Assembly: GCF_963921235.1 (NCBI RefSeq)
Contig: NC_086108.1
Coordinates: 34,040,001-34,104,000, forward strand
Direction: 5' to 3'
From: Mobula hypostoma
Taxonomy: Eukaryota
DNA: 64,000 nt
Part shown: positions 37,745 to 50,327 of the stretch, piece by piece
Numbering within the stretch: position 1 is the first letter of the stretch
Layout of the letters: every line of letters starts with the position of its first letter
Notes under the pieces: model-generated
What the model was told of the DNA's origin: nothing
Seen by the model: the letters and a program-made list of their open reading frames with translations, nothing else
The model's database searches: none
Program-made: the position numbers and the translations under genes

Positions 37745-38790
37745 CTGTAGAGAAAGGGCCCTTCCAACCCTTTGGGCCACATTGCCCAGCAACCCCTGAT
37801 TTAACACTAGCCTAATTACAACAACTTACAATTATGAGGTGGCCTACAGGGAAGAAGTCATCCATCTGACACAGTGGTGTCAAGAAAACAACCTCTCCCT
37901 CAATGTTGCAAAAACAAAGGAGCTGGTTGTGGACTACAGGAGGAATGGAGACAGGCTAACCCCTATTAACATCAGTGGATCTGGGGCTGAGAGGGTAAAC
38001 AGCTTTTAAGTTCCTCGGCATCCACATCACTGAGGACCTCGCATGATCTGTACACACCAGCTTTGTGGTAAAAAAAGGCACAACGATGCCTCTTTCACCT
38101 CAGACCATTGAAGAAGTTTGGTATGGGCCCCCAAATCCTAAAAACTTTCTACAGGGGCACAACTGGGAGCATCCTGACTGGCTGTATCACTGCCTGGTAT
38201 GGGAAATGTATCTCTCTTAATTGCAGGATTCTGTAGAGAGTGGTGCAGACAGCCCAGCGCATCTGTAGTTGTGAACTTCCCATGATTCAGGACATTTACA
38301 AAGACAGGTGTGAAGGAAGGATTATTAGGGGCCCACATCACCCCAACCATAATCTATTCCAAATGCTACCATCTAGGAAGCGGTACCATAGCATAAAAGC
38401 CAGGGCCAATAGGCTCTGGGACAGCTTCTTCCACCAGGCCATCAGACTGATTAACTCACGCTGATTAGAGTGCATTTCTATGGGTTACATTGACTGTTCT
38501 ATTTATTATAAGTTATTATAAATGACTATGATTGCACATTGCACATGCAGATGGAGCTGTACGGTAAAGATTTTTACTCCTCATGTATGTGAAGGATGTA
38601 AGAAATAAAGTCAATTCAATTCAATTACCAATTAACCTTCCTCCAAGAATCTTTGGACCCTTGGAGGAAAGCAGAGTACCCAGAGGAGACCCAGGCTGTC
38701 GTGGGGAGAACATACAGACAGTGGCGGGAATTGAACCTAGCTTGCTTGTACTGTAAAGGATTGTGCTATTCACTACTCTACCAAGCCGCC
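37745..38790. mobile_element. tRNA-derived SINE (minus strand) split by a Rex1/Babar LINE insertion (about 37835-38622, +)
   Basis: SINE head at 38630-38790 and tail at 37745-37830. The insert reads WCQENNLSLNVAKTKELVVDY...VQTAQRICSCELP...LPSRKRYHSIKARANRLWDSFFHQAIRLIN with a (CAATT)n tail. Confidence 0.8.
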
Positions 38791-39569
38791 CATCCTTTGC
38801 ATAATTTTGTTTCATCATCCTTACAGATAGTGAAGTCCTCTTATTACATAAATCTGTTTCTCCTCGTACCTACCCTTGTTTAGTAACCATCACTTTAAAT
38901 TATATACCCTCAGATCTATGAAAACACAGCAATGGGAACAAATTCTCTCTCCTGCCCCTATGTAATTGTTAATGATATTGCACACCTCTAACAGTTCTTT
39001 TGAAAGCACAGGCATTACATCACATATAACTCCGTAGGAGCGGAAGGATTTGCATCTGGTGAGTTAGATACGGTTTTATTGATGCGACTGTTCTACGATT
39101 ATCCCATGTGAAAGAATTTTTTTTTCATATTTTGCCTCTCCTTGTGCTGAATGGAGAGACATGAATTGGTCATGGACAATAAAGAGACTGGAGAAGAGGT
39201 GCTTACCTGGAATCAGGATTGCTTCGTGTGGGAGAAGATGGGGACACAAGGGGAGGAGTCACTTTTGCACATCAATGTCAGATGGATGAACTGCTGATGC
39301 CCAGGAGAACCAAGCAATAAAAAGAGCAACTCAAAGATTTCTGCTGCTGTGTTAGCCTCATTGTACTCTCCTTCATTCTTAGAATTAACTGGATCCTTAA
39401 CTTCCTGATACTGATCTTCTGAGACCACAGTCTATGTGGATCGGAAATGATATCTCCTCCTCACTGTCACAACCCAAGGATGCAGGCATAGCCCACTTCT
39501 CTACTCTCTCTACACCCATGACAATGTGGCTATAAATTTGTTGGTAGAATTTCAGATGGTGCCGAGGAG

Positions 39570-40384
39570 ACTTACAGGAATAAGACAGATCAGCTGGTTG
39601 AGTGGGGTCGCAGCAATAACCTTGCACTCAACATCAGTAAGACCAAGGAGTTGATTATGGACTTCAGAAAGGGTAAGTCGAGGAAACGCACACCAGTCTT
39701 CATCGTGGGATCAGAAGTGGAACTGGTGAGCAGTTTTAAGTTCCTGTGTGTCAATATCTTTGAGGATCTACCTTTGCCCGAAAATATTGATGCAATTATA
39801 AAAAAGGCATGACAGCAGCAGTATTTCATTAGGAATTTGAGGAGAAATAGTATGTCACCAAAGGCACTTGCAGATTTTTACAGATGCAGCTTGGAGAGCA
39901 TTCTAACTGGCTGCATCACCGTCAGGTATAGTGGGGCCACTGCACAGGATCGGGGAAAAGCTGCAGTAAGTTGTAAACTCAGCCAGCTCCATCATGGGCA
40001 CTAGACTCCCAGCATCCAGAAAACCTTCGAAAGGTGATGCCTCAAAAAGGCAGCATTCATTATTAAGAACCCCCATCATCCAGGACGTGCGCTCTTCTCA
40101 TTGCTACCATCAAGCCGGTGGTATGGGAACCTCGAGACATACACTCAACATTTCAGGAACAGCTTCTTCCCCTCCGCCATCAGATTTCTGAATGGACGTT
40201 GAACCAATGAACAATTCCTCAGATTTTTTTTTCCTTTCGTTTTGCACTACTTCTTTAATTTTTTTTTATAAACACTTATTGTAGGTTATAGATTTTATTA
40301 TGATGAATTGCAACAAACTGCTGCTGCAAAACAAAAAGATTTCACAATATATGCCCGTGATATTAAACCTGCTTTTGATTCTAT
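39570..40384 (+). mobile_element. Rex1/Babar LINE 3' portion
   Basis: NNLALNISKTKELIMDFR...FKFLCVNI.EDL, YRCSLESILTGCIT and a TATTAAACCTG..TTGATTCT tail. Confidence 0.85.
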
Positions 40385-43300
40385 AAGACCACAGGAGCAG
40401 TATTAAACCATTTGACCTATTGAGTTTGCTCTGCAATCTATCATGGTTGATTTATTATCCCTCTCAAGGCTATTCTCCTGCCTTCTCCTTGTAACCTTTG
40501 ACACCTTGATTAATCAAGAACATGTGAACCTCCACCTTAAATATTCCCAATGTTTAGGCATGTACAGTCATCTATGGCAAAGAATTCCACAGATTCACTA
40601 CCCCCGGCTAAAGAAATTCCTCCTCAAATCTGTTGTAAATGAACGTCCCTCAATTCTGACGCTGTCCTAGACTCCCCCACAATAGGAAACATTCCTTCCA
40701 CATCCACTTAATCCACACCTTTCAATATTCAATAGGTTGCAATGAGATCCCCTCTCATTCTTCTAAACTCCAGTAAGCACAAGCCCAGAGCCATCAAATT
40801 CTCCTCACTTGTTAAACCTTTAATTCCTGACATTATTCTTGTGAACCTCCTCTGGACCCTCTCCAATGCCAGCACATCTTTTCTTAGATGAGGGGCCCAA
40901 AACTGCTCACGATACTCCAAGTGCAGTCTAATCAGAGCCTTATGAAGACTCAACATTACATCCTTGCTTTTGTATTCTTGTCTTTTCAAAATTAATGCTA
41001 ACATTGCATTTGCCTCCCTTACTGCTGACTCAACCTGAAAGTTAACATTTAGGGAATCCTGCACGAGGGCTCCCAAGTCCCTCTGGGCCTCTGATTTATG
41101 AATTTACTCCCCATTTAGAAAATAGTCCACACCTTTATTCCTTCTGTCAAAGTGTATGACCATACACGTCCCTACACTATATTCCCTCTCCCACTTTTTT
41201 GCCCATTTCCCCAATCTGCCTAAGTCCTCCTGCAGACACCCTGCTTCCTCAACACAACCTGCCTCTCCCCCTATCTTCGTATTAACTGCAAAGCTATCAC
41301 AACACAACCTGCCTCTCCCCGTATCTTCGTATTAACTGCAAAGCTATCAATTTCTTCATCCAAATCACTGACATACAGAGTGAAACAAAGCAATCCCGAC
41401 ACCAACCCCTGCAGCACATCACTGGTCTCCGACAGTCAACCAGAAAAGGCATTCTTTTTTTCCCATTATTTGCCTCCTGCCAGTCAGTCAATCTTCTATC
41501 CATGCTAATACCTTTCCTGTAATACCATGGGCTATTTCCTTGTTAAGCAGCTTTATGTGCGGCACCTTGTCAAAGGATTTCTGAAAATCCAATTCAACAA
41601 CATCTACTAACTCTCCTTTGTCTATACCTGTTGATTGTTTCCTCAAAGAATTCCAACAGATTCTTCAGGCAAGATTTTCATTTTAGAAAACCATGCTGAC
41701 TTTGGCCTATTTTATCATGTGCCTCCAAGTACCCCAAAACCTTATCCCCAATAAGACTCCAACATCTTTCCAACCAATGAAGTCAGGCAAACTGGCATAC
41801 AGTTTCCTTTCTTTTGCTTTTGTCCTTTTCAGAGTAGAGTAAAATTTGCAGTTTTACAGACCTCCTGAACCATTCTTGAATCTAGTGGATCTTGAAAGAT
41901 CATTACTAATGCCTCCACAACGTCTGTAGTTACCTCTTTCAGAACTCTGGGGTGTAGTCCATCTGGTTCAGGTGACTTATTGACCTTTAGGCTTTTCAGC
42001 TTCAGAGCACCTTCACCTTGGTAATAGCAATGGCACACGCTTCTATTCTGCTAGTAGGTTCCACAGTGAAGATTGACACAAAAAAACTTAATAATTCCCA
42101 CTGCCATTTCTTTGTCCCCCAACAATACCTCTCCAATATCATTTGCAGCGGTCCGATCTTCACTTTCATCTCTCTTTCACTCTTTATTTATCTGAAATTT
42201 TTTTTGTATCTTCACTGTGGGCTCAAACACAAGTTTCTATAAAAAGCCATCTTGTAGGCTTTTCTACAAATTCTCCCTCTTGGAATCCAGCACCAATCTA
42301 ATTTTCCTAATCTACCTGTGTATTGAAATCCCCAATGACCATCGCAACATTATCCTTTTTACATGCCTTTTCTAACTCTCATTGTAATTTATAATCCATA
42401 TCCTTGCTACTATTCAAAGGCCAGTATATGATTCGCATCAGGGTCCTTTTACCCCTGCCATTTCTTAACTCTACCCACAATGATTCTATTTCTTCCATCC
42501 TATCTCACCAATTTCCAAGGATTTGATTTCATTTTTTTACCAACAAAGCCTCTCCACCCTCTCTGCCCACCTGCCTGTCCTTTCGATACAATGCGTATCC
42601 TTAGATGTTAAGTTCCCAACTATGATCTTCTTTCAGCCATGACTCAAATGCCCACAACGTCATACTCATCAATCTCTAACTGCACCACAAGATCATCTAT
42701 CTTATTCTGAATACTGTGTGCATTCAAAAACAAAACTTTCAGTCTTGTATTCAGCACCGTTTTTTGATTTTTGCCTCCACATTACTCTTTAACACATCCC
42801 ACCAACAGCAATTCTGCCCTGTCATCTGCCTGTCCTTCCTCACAGCCTCGCTACATCCTACATCTAGTTGTACATCAACTGCCCCATCCTTGGCCCTAAC
42901 ACTCCGATTCCTATTGCTCTGCCAAATTAGTTTAAACCCACCCCAAACCTGCCTGCAAGGACGTTGGTCCCACTCGGGTTCAGGTGTAACCCATCCTTTT
43001 GTACAGGTCATTTCTTCCCCAGAAGAGATCCCAATGACCCAAAAATCTGAAACCTCGCCCCCTGCATTAATTCCTCAGCCAAGTATTCATCTGCCAACTC
43101 ATCCTATTCTTGCCTTCATTGACAAGTGGCATAGGTAGCAATCCAGAGATTACCACCCTGAATGTCCTGTTTTACAGCTTTCGACCTATCTTCCTATATT
43201 CTCTCTTCAGGACCTCCTCCCTCTTCCTATCTGTCTTTTGACCAAAATGTACCATGATTTCCAGCTGCTCACCTTCCTCCTTTAGAATGCTGTGGACTCA

Positions 43301-44320
43301 ATCCAAGATGTCCCTGACCCTGACCCTGGCATTGGGAGGCAACATACCATCCGGGTGCCTCTTTCAGCTTTCTGCTCCTCTAGTTATGGAGTCTAGTTCT
43401 AGTTGTGTAGCGTGTGACCAAGTGGTTAAGGCGTTGGTCTAGTGATCTGAAGGTCGCTAGTTCGAGCCTCAGCTGAGGCAGCGTGTTGTGTCCTTGAGCA
43501 AGGCACTTAACCACACATTGCTCTGCGACGACACTGGTGCCAAGCTGTATCGGCCCTAGTGCCCGTCCCTTGGACAACATCGGTGGCATGGAGAGGGGAG
43601 ACTTGCAGCATGGGCAACTGCCGGTCTTCCATACAACCTTGCCCAGGCCTCGGTCAACATTGAAAATCGATGGACAGCCAAAGAAGTAGTTATGGAAATC
43701 CCTATCACCACTGCACTTCTCTTCTTCCCCCCCACTTCTCTTCTGAGCTGCAGAGTCAGACTCAGTTCCAGAGACCTGGTCACTGCTGCTTCCCCCAGTA
43801 GGTCATCTCCCACAACGATATTCAAAGCTCAATGCTTACTATTGAGTGAAATGACCACAGGTATACGCTGCACTGGCTGCTTATTCCGTTTCCCTCTCCT
43901 GACAGTCACCCAACTACCTGTATCCTGGAATTTAGCAGTGGCTACCTCTCTGTAGCTTCTTTCTATCACCTCCTCAGTTTCTTATAGGAACCAAAGGTCA
44001 TTGAACAGCAGTTCCAGTTCCTTAACATTGTCTCTAAGGAGCTGCAGCGTGATGCATTTCATGCAGATGTAGTTATCAGGGAATCTTCAGGTCTCCCAGA
44101 TTTCCCACATCTCACACAAAGAAAATACCACCACCTCCAGATCCATTCTCAGTGCACTGGCTATATACTAACAGAAAAAAAAAACTTACTAGAAACTTTC
44201 TTACCTTACTTACTTAGAAACTCTGCCTGTGCTTGCCCAAGCCTGTTGTGCCAACACCAGACTACTCTAACACTGGCCGGCTCCAACAATGGCTGCTCTA
44301 CCTACATCTTCTTTCCTTTT
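40385..44320 (-). mobile_element. Nearly full-length but decayed CR1 LINE (5' UTR, ORF1, endonuclease, RT, 3' end) with internal deletions
   Basis: RT and C-terminal ORFs 40729..41076, 41104..41307 and 41829..42038. Endonuclease remnants at 42240-42720. ORF1 esterase remnant (reverse complement of TTCAGGTGTAACCCATCCTTTTGTACAGGTC) at about 42980-43010. Confidence 0.85.
43391..43686 (+). mobile_element. tRNA-derived CORE-type SINE with 10-bp TSD
   Basis: A and B boxes (CAAGTGGTTAAGGCG; AGTTCGAGCC), CORE-like GTGTCCTTGAGCAAGGCACTTAACC and an AAGAAG tail. TAGTTATGGA at 43381-43390 and 43687-43696. Confidence 0.85.
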
Positions 44321-45471
44321 ATTGGTCCCTCGCTGAAAGAAAGCTGAAAGTTCCAAAGCTCTTTTGAAACTTCACGCTGTGTCACCAACCAATGCCCTCT
44401 TGCTCTGATTTCAGCCTGCTGAAAATTCTGATTATGAATTACATCAGGCTCTGTACTCAGTGCCTTATACCTTCCGCGGGTCAAACTTTGCATGCAATAT
44501 TCACTAGAGTACAATCTGGTGTTGTGCAATGAAGATAATATTTACTGTAGGAGGAGGTGGATGAGGAGAACCATTTGGTAGAGAACGAGGAAATCCCTGC
44601 TTTTTTTCCAGGTTGCATTAAAAGGTCTCTTTGGCCAGATCTACAGCTTTCTGGGATAAGATGTGCGTGCTAGCAGCATGTCAGTTCCATGGTAGAGTCA
44701 AGGAGATCTGCCGCTGCTTGGAAGTGAAAATTGCCTTTGTGACATTTTTTTCATGTGGAGTGCCATTACACAGAGTGACACTTCAAGCTTGTTCTCAACG
44801 GAGCCTCTGTGAACAAACTCTTTCTCACAAGCAAGCAAGGAAACAGCTGGGCCATTTCGCTCTCTCTTGTATATTTCCGTGCTCTGTCTTCAGTCCCCTC
44901 CAATCACTGTTACATAATTTCCTTACTTCCATGAGAAGTCTGAGAAATGTTTAGACTACAGGTAAACTGCAAGAGTCATGATGATATCACTGTAATTATA
45001 CAACTATCATATTGAAATTGGTACGTGTCTCTTCAGAAGCATTCGTTCCCATGTGACTCAAAGTGTTCTTAATGAGACCTGAGGAAATGGTCCTACTTAT
45101 TGACTCCCACCATGAATCTTCACAAAAACCTAAGGCAAACTTACTTGCCCCAGCCTGGCTATGAATTAATAGGGTTTTACCCAGCCAAGGACTTCCATTG
45201 GCTTTGATGAAAATATCAGGCGGGTTCAATCTAACCACCAAGGCTACCCAACAAAATACGTCTGGTTTCAAAAAAAAGGGATAAGCAATCAGGATGTGGT
45301 AGGAATTAATCAAAACGTCTGTCCACTCCATCTGTCACAGGTGCAGAGTGGCCTTAATATAGCAACAATTGCTTGATATGTTATTTAACACTGCAAGTCA
45401 GAGATTTGAGCTGCACAACTAACAACATGATTTACTTTTCTTTTAATTTTCTTTATAACATACAGTGCTGT

Positions 45472-45993
45472 GCACATACATATGGCTAGAGTGCCTACGA
45501 CCTGTACAGTACTGTAGTGATTTTATATATTGCACCGTACTGCTGCCACAAAAAAAAGGCAATTGTCATGACATGTATGAGTGAGGTAAAGCTGATTCTG
45601 ACATAGGTCTCTATTGTGGACTGAGAACGGGAAGAGGGCAGCGAGAGGGGAATCATAGTTGGGAAAAGGGGAAGGGAAAGAGGAGTGAGCGGGAAGCAGC
45701 AGAGGTGCATTCTGTAATGATGAATAATCCAATTGTGTGGAATCAAATGACCTTGCCTGGTGCTTCAGGGCTGGGCGTGCCTGTACCCATGCCACCCCCT
45801 ACCCCGACATTCCTTCTCTGCTACCTGTCTCACACCCCTCCTTTGGCACTCCATGCTCACTATTCCCAACATCCTTTCTTCCTGCCAGATTTACAAACTC
45901 GTTCTCCACTCCACGTTGACAAATAGAATGCTGTGCAAAGGTCTTCGACATCCTGCCTATAAATAAGTGCCTAAAACTTTAGCACGTCCTGTA
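45472..45993. mobile_element. Composite Tc1-type MITE
   Basis: CAGTACTGTGCAAA(A)GTCTT / GTGCCTAAGACTTTTGCACAGTACTG-like modules. Internal segment 45510-45690 is the reverse complement of 51940-52085. Confidence 0.65.
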
Positions 45994-46549
45994 GAAGGGA
46001 GCCATTATGTCAATTCTCTGAATAGTCCATTCATTCCATTCTCTGATCTATTTCCTCATGGCCCACTCTCTCACGCATACATAAAATCATCTCAGGGATT
46101 CTCCTTCCTCCTTCATTACCACAGGGAACAATACACAGGAGCCAATTAATCTGACAACCCATGTGTGTTTTTGGTCTGTGAGAAGAAATTGGACCACCTA
46201 AGGGAAGTCCATGCATTCACAGGGGATTGAGCGAAATCCACACTGATGGCACCCAAGATCAGAATCAAAACCATGGTTCTACCTTCAGCACCATTATTTC
46301 ACTCCTTAAATTGCTCTGGAAAATAAATTCAAATACTCAGTTACAAAGTAACTGCAGTTTCACTTGTACATTATGATTGTACTTATATCTATGTGTTCTT
46401 AACAGCAAGAGAATAAAAATCTCCAAATTGCCACCTTGCCGAGTTAGCCTTCACACTTAATGCATATTTAAGCCACTAAAGAATTCGGTTATTTATAGCA
46501 TCTCTCAGCTACAATGTAGACAATAGGAATTGTTGTGCAGAAATGGCTG

Positions 46550-46685
46550 ACGGTGCTGATGAAGGGTCTCAGCCCGAGACGTCGACTGTAGGCTTTTCCA
46601 TTGTTGCTGCCAGGCCTGCTGAGTTCCTCCAGCATTTTGTGGGCGTTGCTCAGATTTCCAGCATCTGCAGATTTTCTCTTCTTTG
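46550..46685 (+). mobile_element. Penelope-like pLTR fragment with mutated hammerhead
   Basis: CTGATGA-AGGGTCTCAGCCC-GAGAC-GTC-GACT (GAAAC changed to GAGAC), then GCCTGCTGAGTTCCTCCAGCATTTTGTG...TTCCAGCATCTGCAGA. Confidence 0.75.
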
Positions 46686-46769
46686 TGAATGTACTGGGGG
46701 GGGGGTCACTTTGTGCCCAAGTTCCGAATGGTTCCCGTATTAAAAAGGCGCCACAGTACCGTCGCTGCT

Positions 46770-47035
46770 GGGGCGATGCTATAATAGCTCAGGGCGTTCC
46801 AGCATTCAAAGCTCAATTCTGGAGCCGTTCTGTACATCCTCTCCGTGGAATTCATGGGTTACTCCGGGTCCTCCAGCTTCCTCCCACAGCCAAAGACAGC
46901 CTGGGTAGGTTAATTGGTTATTGTAAGTTGTCCCGTGATTAGTTTAGCGTGAACCGGGTTTGTCGGAGGTTACTAGGCTGGCGTGGCTCGATGTGCTGGA
47001 AGGGTCTTCTCCGCATTGTGCTGCAAAATAAATAC
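46770..47035 (+). mobile_element. tRNA-derived SINE (same family as 33962)
   Basis: GGGTTACTCCGGGTCCTCCAGCTTCCTCCCACAGCCAAAGAC...GGTAGGTTAATTGGTTATTGTAAGTTGTCC...AAATAAA. Confidence 0.75.
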
Positions 47036-48813
47036 TGAAGCTGCAAATTTGCCGTAAACTTCGCTGCATTCATTACCATAGTTCTGCAATGGGCAAGGGA
47101 ATTGTGATGTAATGAATCTCATCCCTTAGACCTATTGTTCATGACTGGATGTGAATTGTCTACTTAAATATTCTTTCTATATTACAAGTAATACCTCTGA
47201 TCAATCTGTAGGGTGTGCAGGTAATGTAAAAAGCCATAGGCAGCGCTGTCTTTCAAGATCACCTACAATATGTTGAAAGGAGCCTTCAAGAAGTAAATTG
47301 CCACAAAGGCAAGTCTTGTATGGAAGATGGAAGGGATTATAAGATATAAGAGAAACGCTCCTCAAACCCATTCCCCCATAGTTAGATCATTCCTGAATTG
47401 TACCACACTTCCATGTTCAAGTTTTGATCTGTAACACTCAAAACAAACTTCTGTTAAACTGATAACTAAAGTCTTACAGGCATTTTGATTACCATAACTA
47501 TCTAGAAAGGGAGTAAATTAAAGCCATACTTTATGTTGGCACTCTATAAAATAAATCTGATAGATAAGTATCATAGTCATCCTTTGACAACATTCAGGAG
47601 AGTTACTTTAGGACAGGATCGTAATGCTATACTACCAAAATAAATCACAGTTTATTGAATTGGCTGGAATAGAAGTTTTCTCATTTTGTAATATTATCAC
47701 TGTAGTTCAGATGTATTTGTCTTTAAAGGAACAGAAAAGTAGTTTTTATGGGGGAGGGAGGAAATCAGAAATGATTAATTAATCCCATGCTTCACGTTGC
47801 CATGGATTAGAGGAAAATAAATTTTAGTAGATTATGTTATAGCTTTGTCTAGGACTTAATAGTTACTGTTCTGGATGTAAAAGTATCTCAAGTTGTTGGT
47901 GAGGCCAAATTTAAGCAACTATAATTTCATGTTTGCACAGTGTCCCATGTGTCTAATTTGTTCGAAAAATTCTCATAAAAGAAATCTCAAGGAAAAGAAT
48001 GTTCTTCTCTTATAGATTTTGGTCTAGAGGACACTAATGAATTTACAGTGTGTGTCTGTCTTTGAAGCTTTACTTATGTAAATGCTTAAGTAGCTGAAAT
48101 TCTTTAATTCTTTAAGAGTTACTGCATTATTATAAAATTGTTTGCAACTAGTACAATGTACAGATCCTTTTTGTTAAATCCCTTTACTGTTGGTAAGTTA
48201 AAACCCGTAAAACTGATATTATATTTTACTGAGGAAGTTGTTTTTAAATAAAGTGCACTTCCTTTGAAGTTCGGACAGCTTAGTTTCATTCTCTGTTAGG
48301 AGATTTGTGATGAGGTTTGGGTCTCATTGGAATGACAACAAAATGTATCCTTTAACTTTGGTTTCCCATCTCCCACCCATGTTCTAAACAAAACATTTCC
48401 CACTTCCCTCGGTGCTCTATCTGTGGTTTCCTAATTCTCGACTCATAATGAGGCAGCTCATTTCGATCTTGAATGCAGTTTCTTCCATAAAACTTTAGTT
48501 GAAGTGGAGGTCAGATTATCAATGAGAGGGATATTTAGGCAATATGTCAAATAGGGTGTTAATTTGATCTTCTGTCCATTTATTTGCATAGAAATTAGAT
48601 TATATTGTGTAAATTATAGCAACGCTTTGCAATTAAAAATTTGTGTTATTCAGAGGAATTTACCGTACCAATCACTTTAGTGAGAATACATCTGTTGTAC
48701 AGTACAATTGAAACAGACGCTTCCTCTTGGAATTCCACCTACATATCTGAAATCAGGCATGCACCCAGCGGCATCAGTTTTCCCACATGTCATGTCTAAA
48801 GGTATCTGATATA

Positions 48814-50327
48814 CAGTGGCATGCAGAAGCTTGGGCACCCCTGGTCAAAATTTCTGTTACTGCGAATAGTTAAGTAAGTAGAAGATGAACTGATCTTCAA
48901 AAGTCATGCAGTGGAAGATGAAAATTTCTTTTCAACATTTTAAGCAAGATTAGTGTGTTATTTTTGTTTTGTACAATTTTAGAGTGAAAACAAGGAAAGG
49001 AGCACCATGCAAAAGTTCGGGCACCCCGAAAGATTTGAGCTCTCAGATAACTTTTACCAAGGTGTCAGACCTTAATTAGCTTATGATGGTTATGGCTTGT
49101 TCACAGTCATCATTAGAAAAGGCCAGCTGATGCAAATTTCAAGGCTTTATAAATACCCTGACTCCTCAAACCTTGTCCCAACAATCAGCAGCCATGGTCT
49201 CCTCTAAGCAGCTGCCTAGCACTCTGAAAATTAAAATAAATGATGCCCACAAAGCAGGAGAAGGCTATAAGAAGATAGCAAAGCGTTTTCAGATAGCCAT
49301 TTCATCAGTTGATAATTAAGAAATGGTACGGTGGAGGTCAAGTTGAGGTCTGGAAGACCAAGAAAACTTTCCAAGAGAACTGTTCGTAGGATTGCTAGAA
49401 AGGCAAATCAAAACCCTATTTCACTGCAAAAGACCTTCAGGAAGATTTAGAAGACTCTGGAGTGGTGGTGCACTGTTCTACTGTGCAGTGACACCTGCAC
49501 AAATATGACCTTCATAGAAGAGTCATCAGAAGAAAACCTTTCCCATGACCTCACGACAAAATTCACCATCAGAAGTTTGCAAAGGAACATCTAAACAAGC
49601 CTGATGCATTTTGGAAACAATGCGGGGGGGGGGCACAGCGGGGGGGGGGCATGGATCAATCATGCTTTGGGCTTGTGTTGCACCAGTGGCACGGGGAACA
49701 TTTCACTGGTAGAGGCAAGAATGAATTCAATTAAATACCAGCAAATTCTGGAAGCAGACATCACACTGTCTTTAAAAAAGCCGAAGATGAAAAGAGGATG
49801 GCTTCTACAACAGGATAATGATCCTAAACACACCTCAAAATCCACAATGGAGTACCTCAAGAGGTGCAAGCTGAAGGTTTTGCCATGGCCCTCACAGTCC
49901 CCTGACCTAAACATCATCGAGAATCTGTAGACAGACCTCAAAAGAGCAGTGCATGCAAGACGGCCCAAGAATCTCACAGAACTAGAGGCCTTTTGCAGGG
50001 AAGAATGGACGAAAATTCACTAAACAAGAATTGAAAGACTCTTAGCTGGCTACAGAAAGCATTTACAAGCTGTGATACATGCCAAAAGGTGTGTTACTAA
50101 GTACTGACCATGCAGGGTGCCCAAACTTTTGCTTGAGGCCCTTTTCCTTTTTTGTTATTTTGAAACTGTAAAAGATGGAAATAAAAAAGTAACCTTGCTT
50201 AAAATATTATAGAAATGTATCATCTTTAACTTTATGCCTTTTGGAAATCAGGTCATCTTTTACTCGCTTAGCTATTCACACTAACAGAAATTTTAACCAG
50301 GGGTGCCCAAACTTCTGCATGCCACTG
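48814..50327 (+). mobile_element. Tc1 (DD34E, IR/DR-type) DNA transposon with defective transposase
   Basis: TA-flanked long TIRs (CAGTGGCATGCAGAAG.TTGGGCACCCCTGG) with inner direct repeats at about 49006 and 50116. ATG at 49195, GYKKIAK and SGRPRK motifs, QQDNDPKH...SPDLNIIE with 34 residues between D and E. Contains stops, frameshifts and an internal deletion. Confidence 0.95.

Noticed and set aside
43405..43480. tRNA-like sequence
   Set aside because: It is the head of a TSD-flanked SINE, continuing into CORE-like and tail regions, not a stand-alone tRNA gene.
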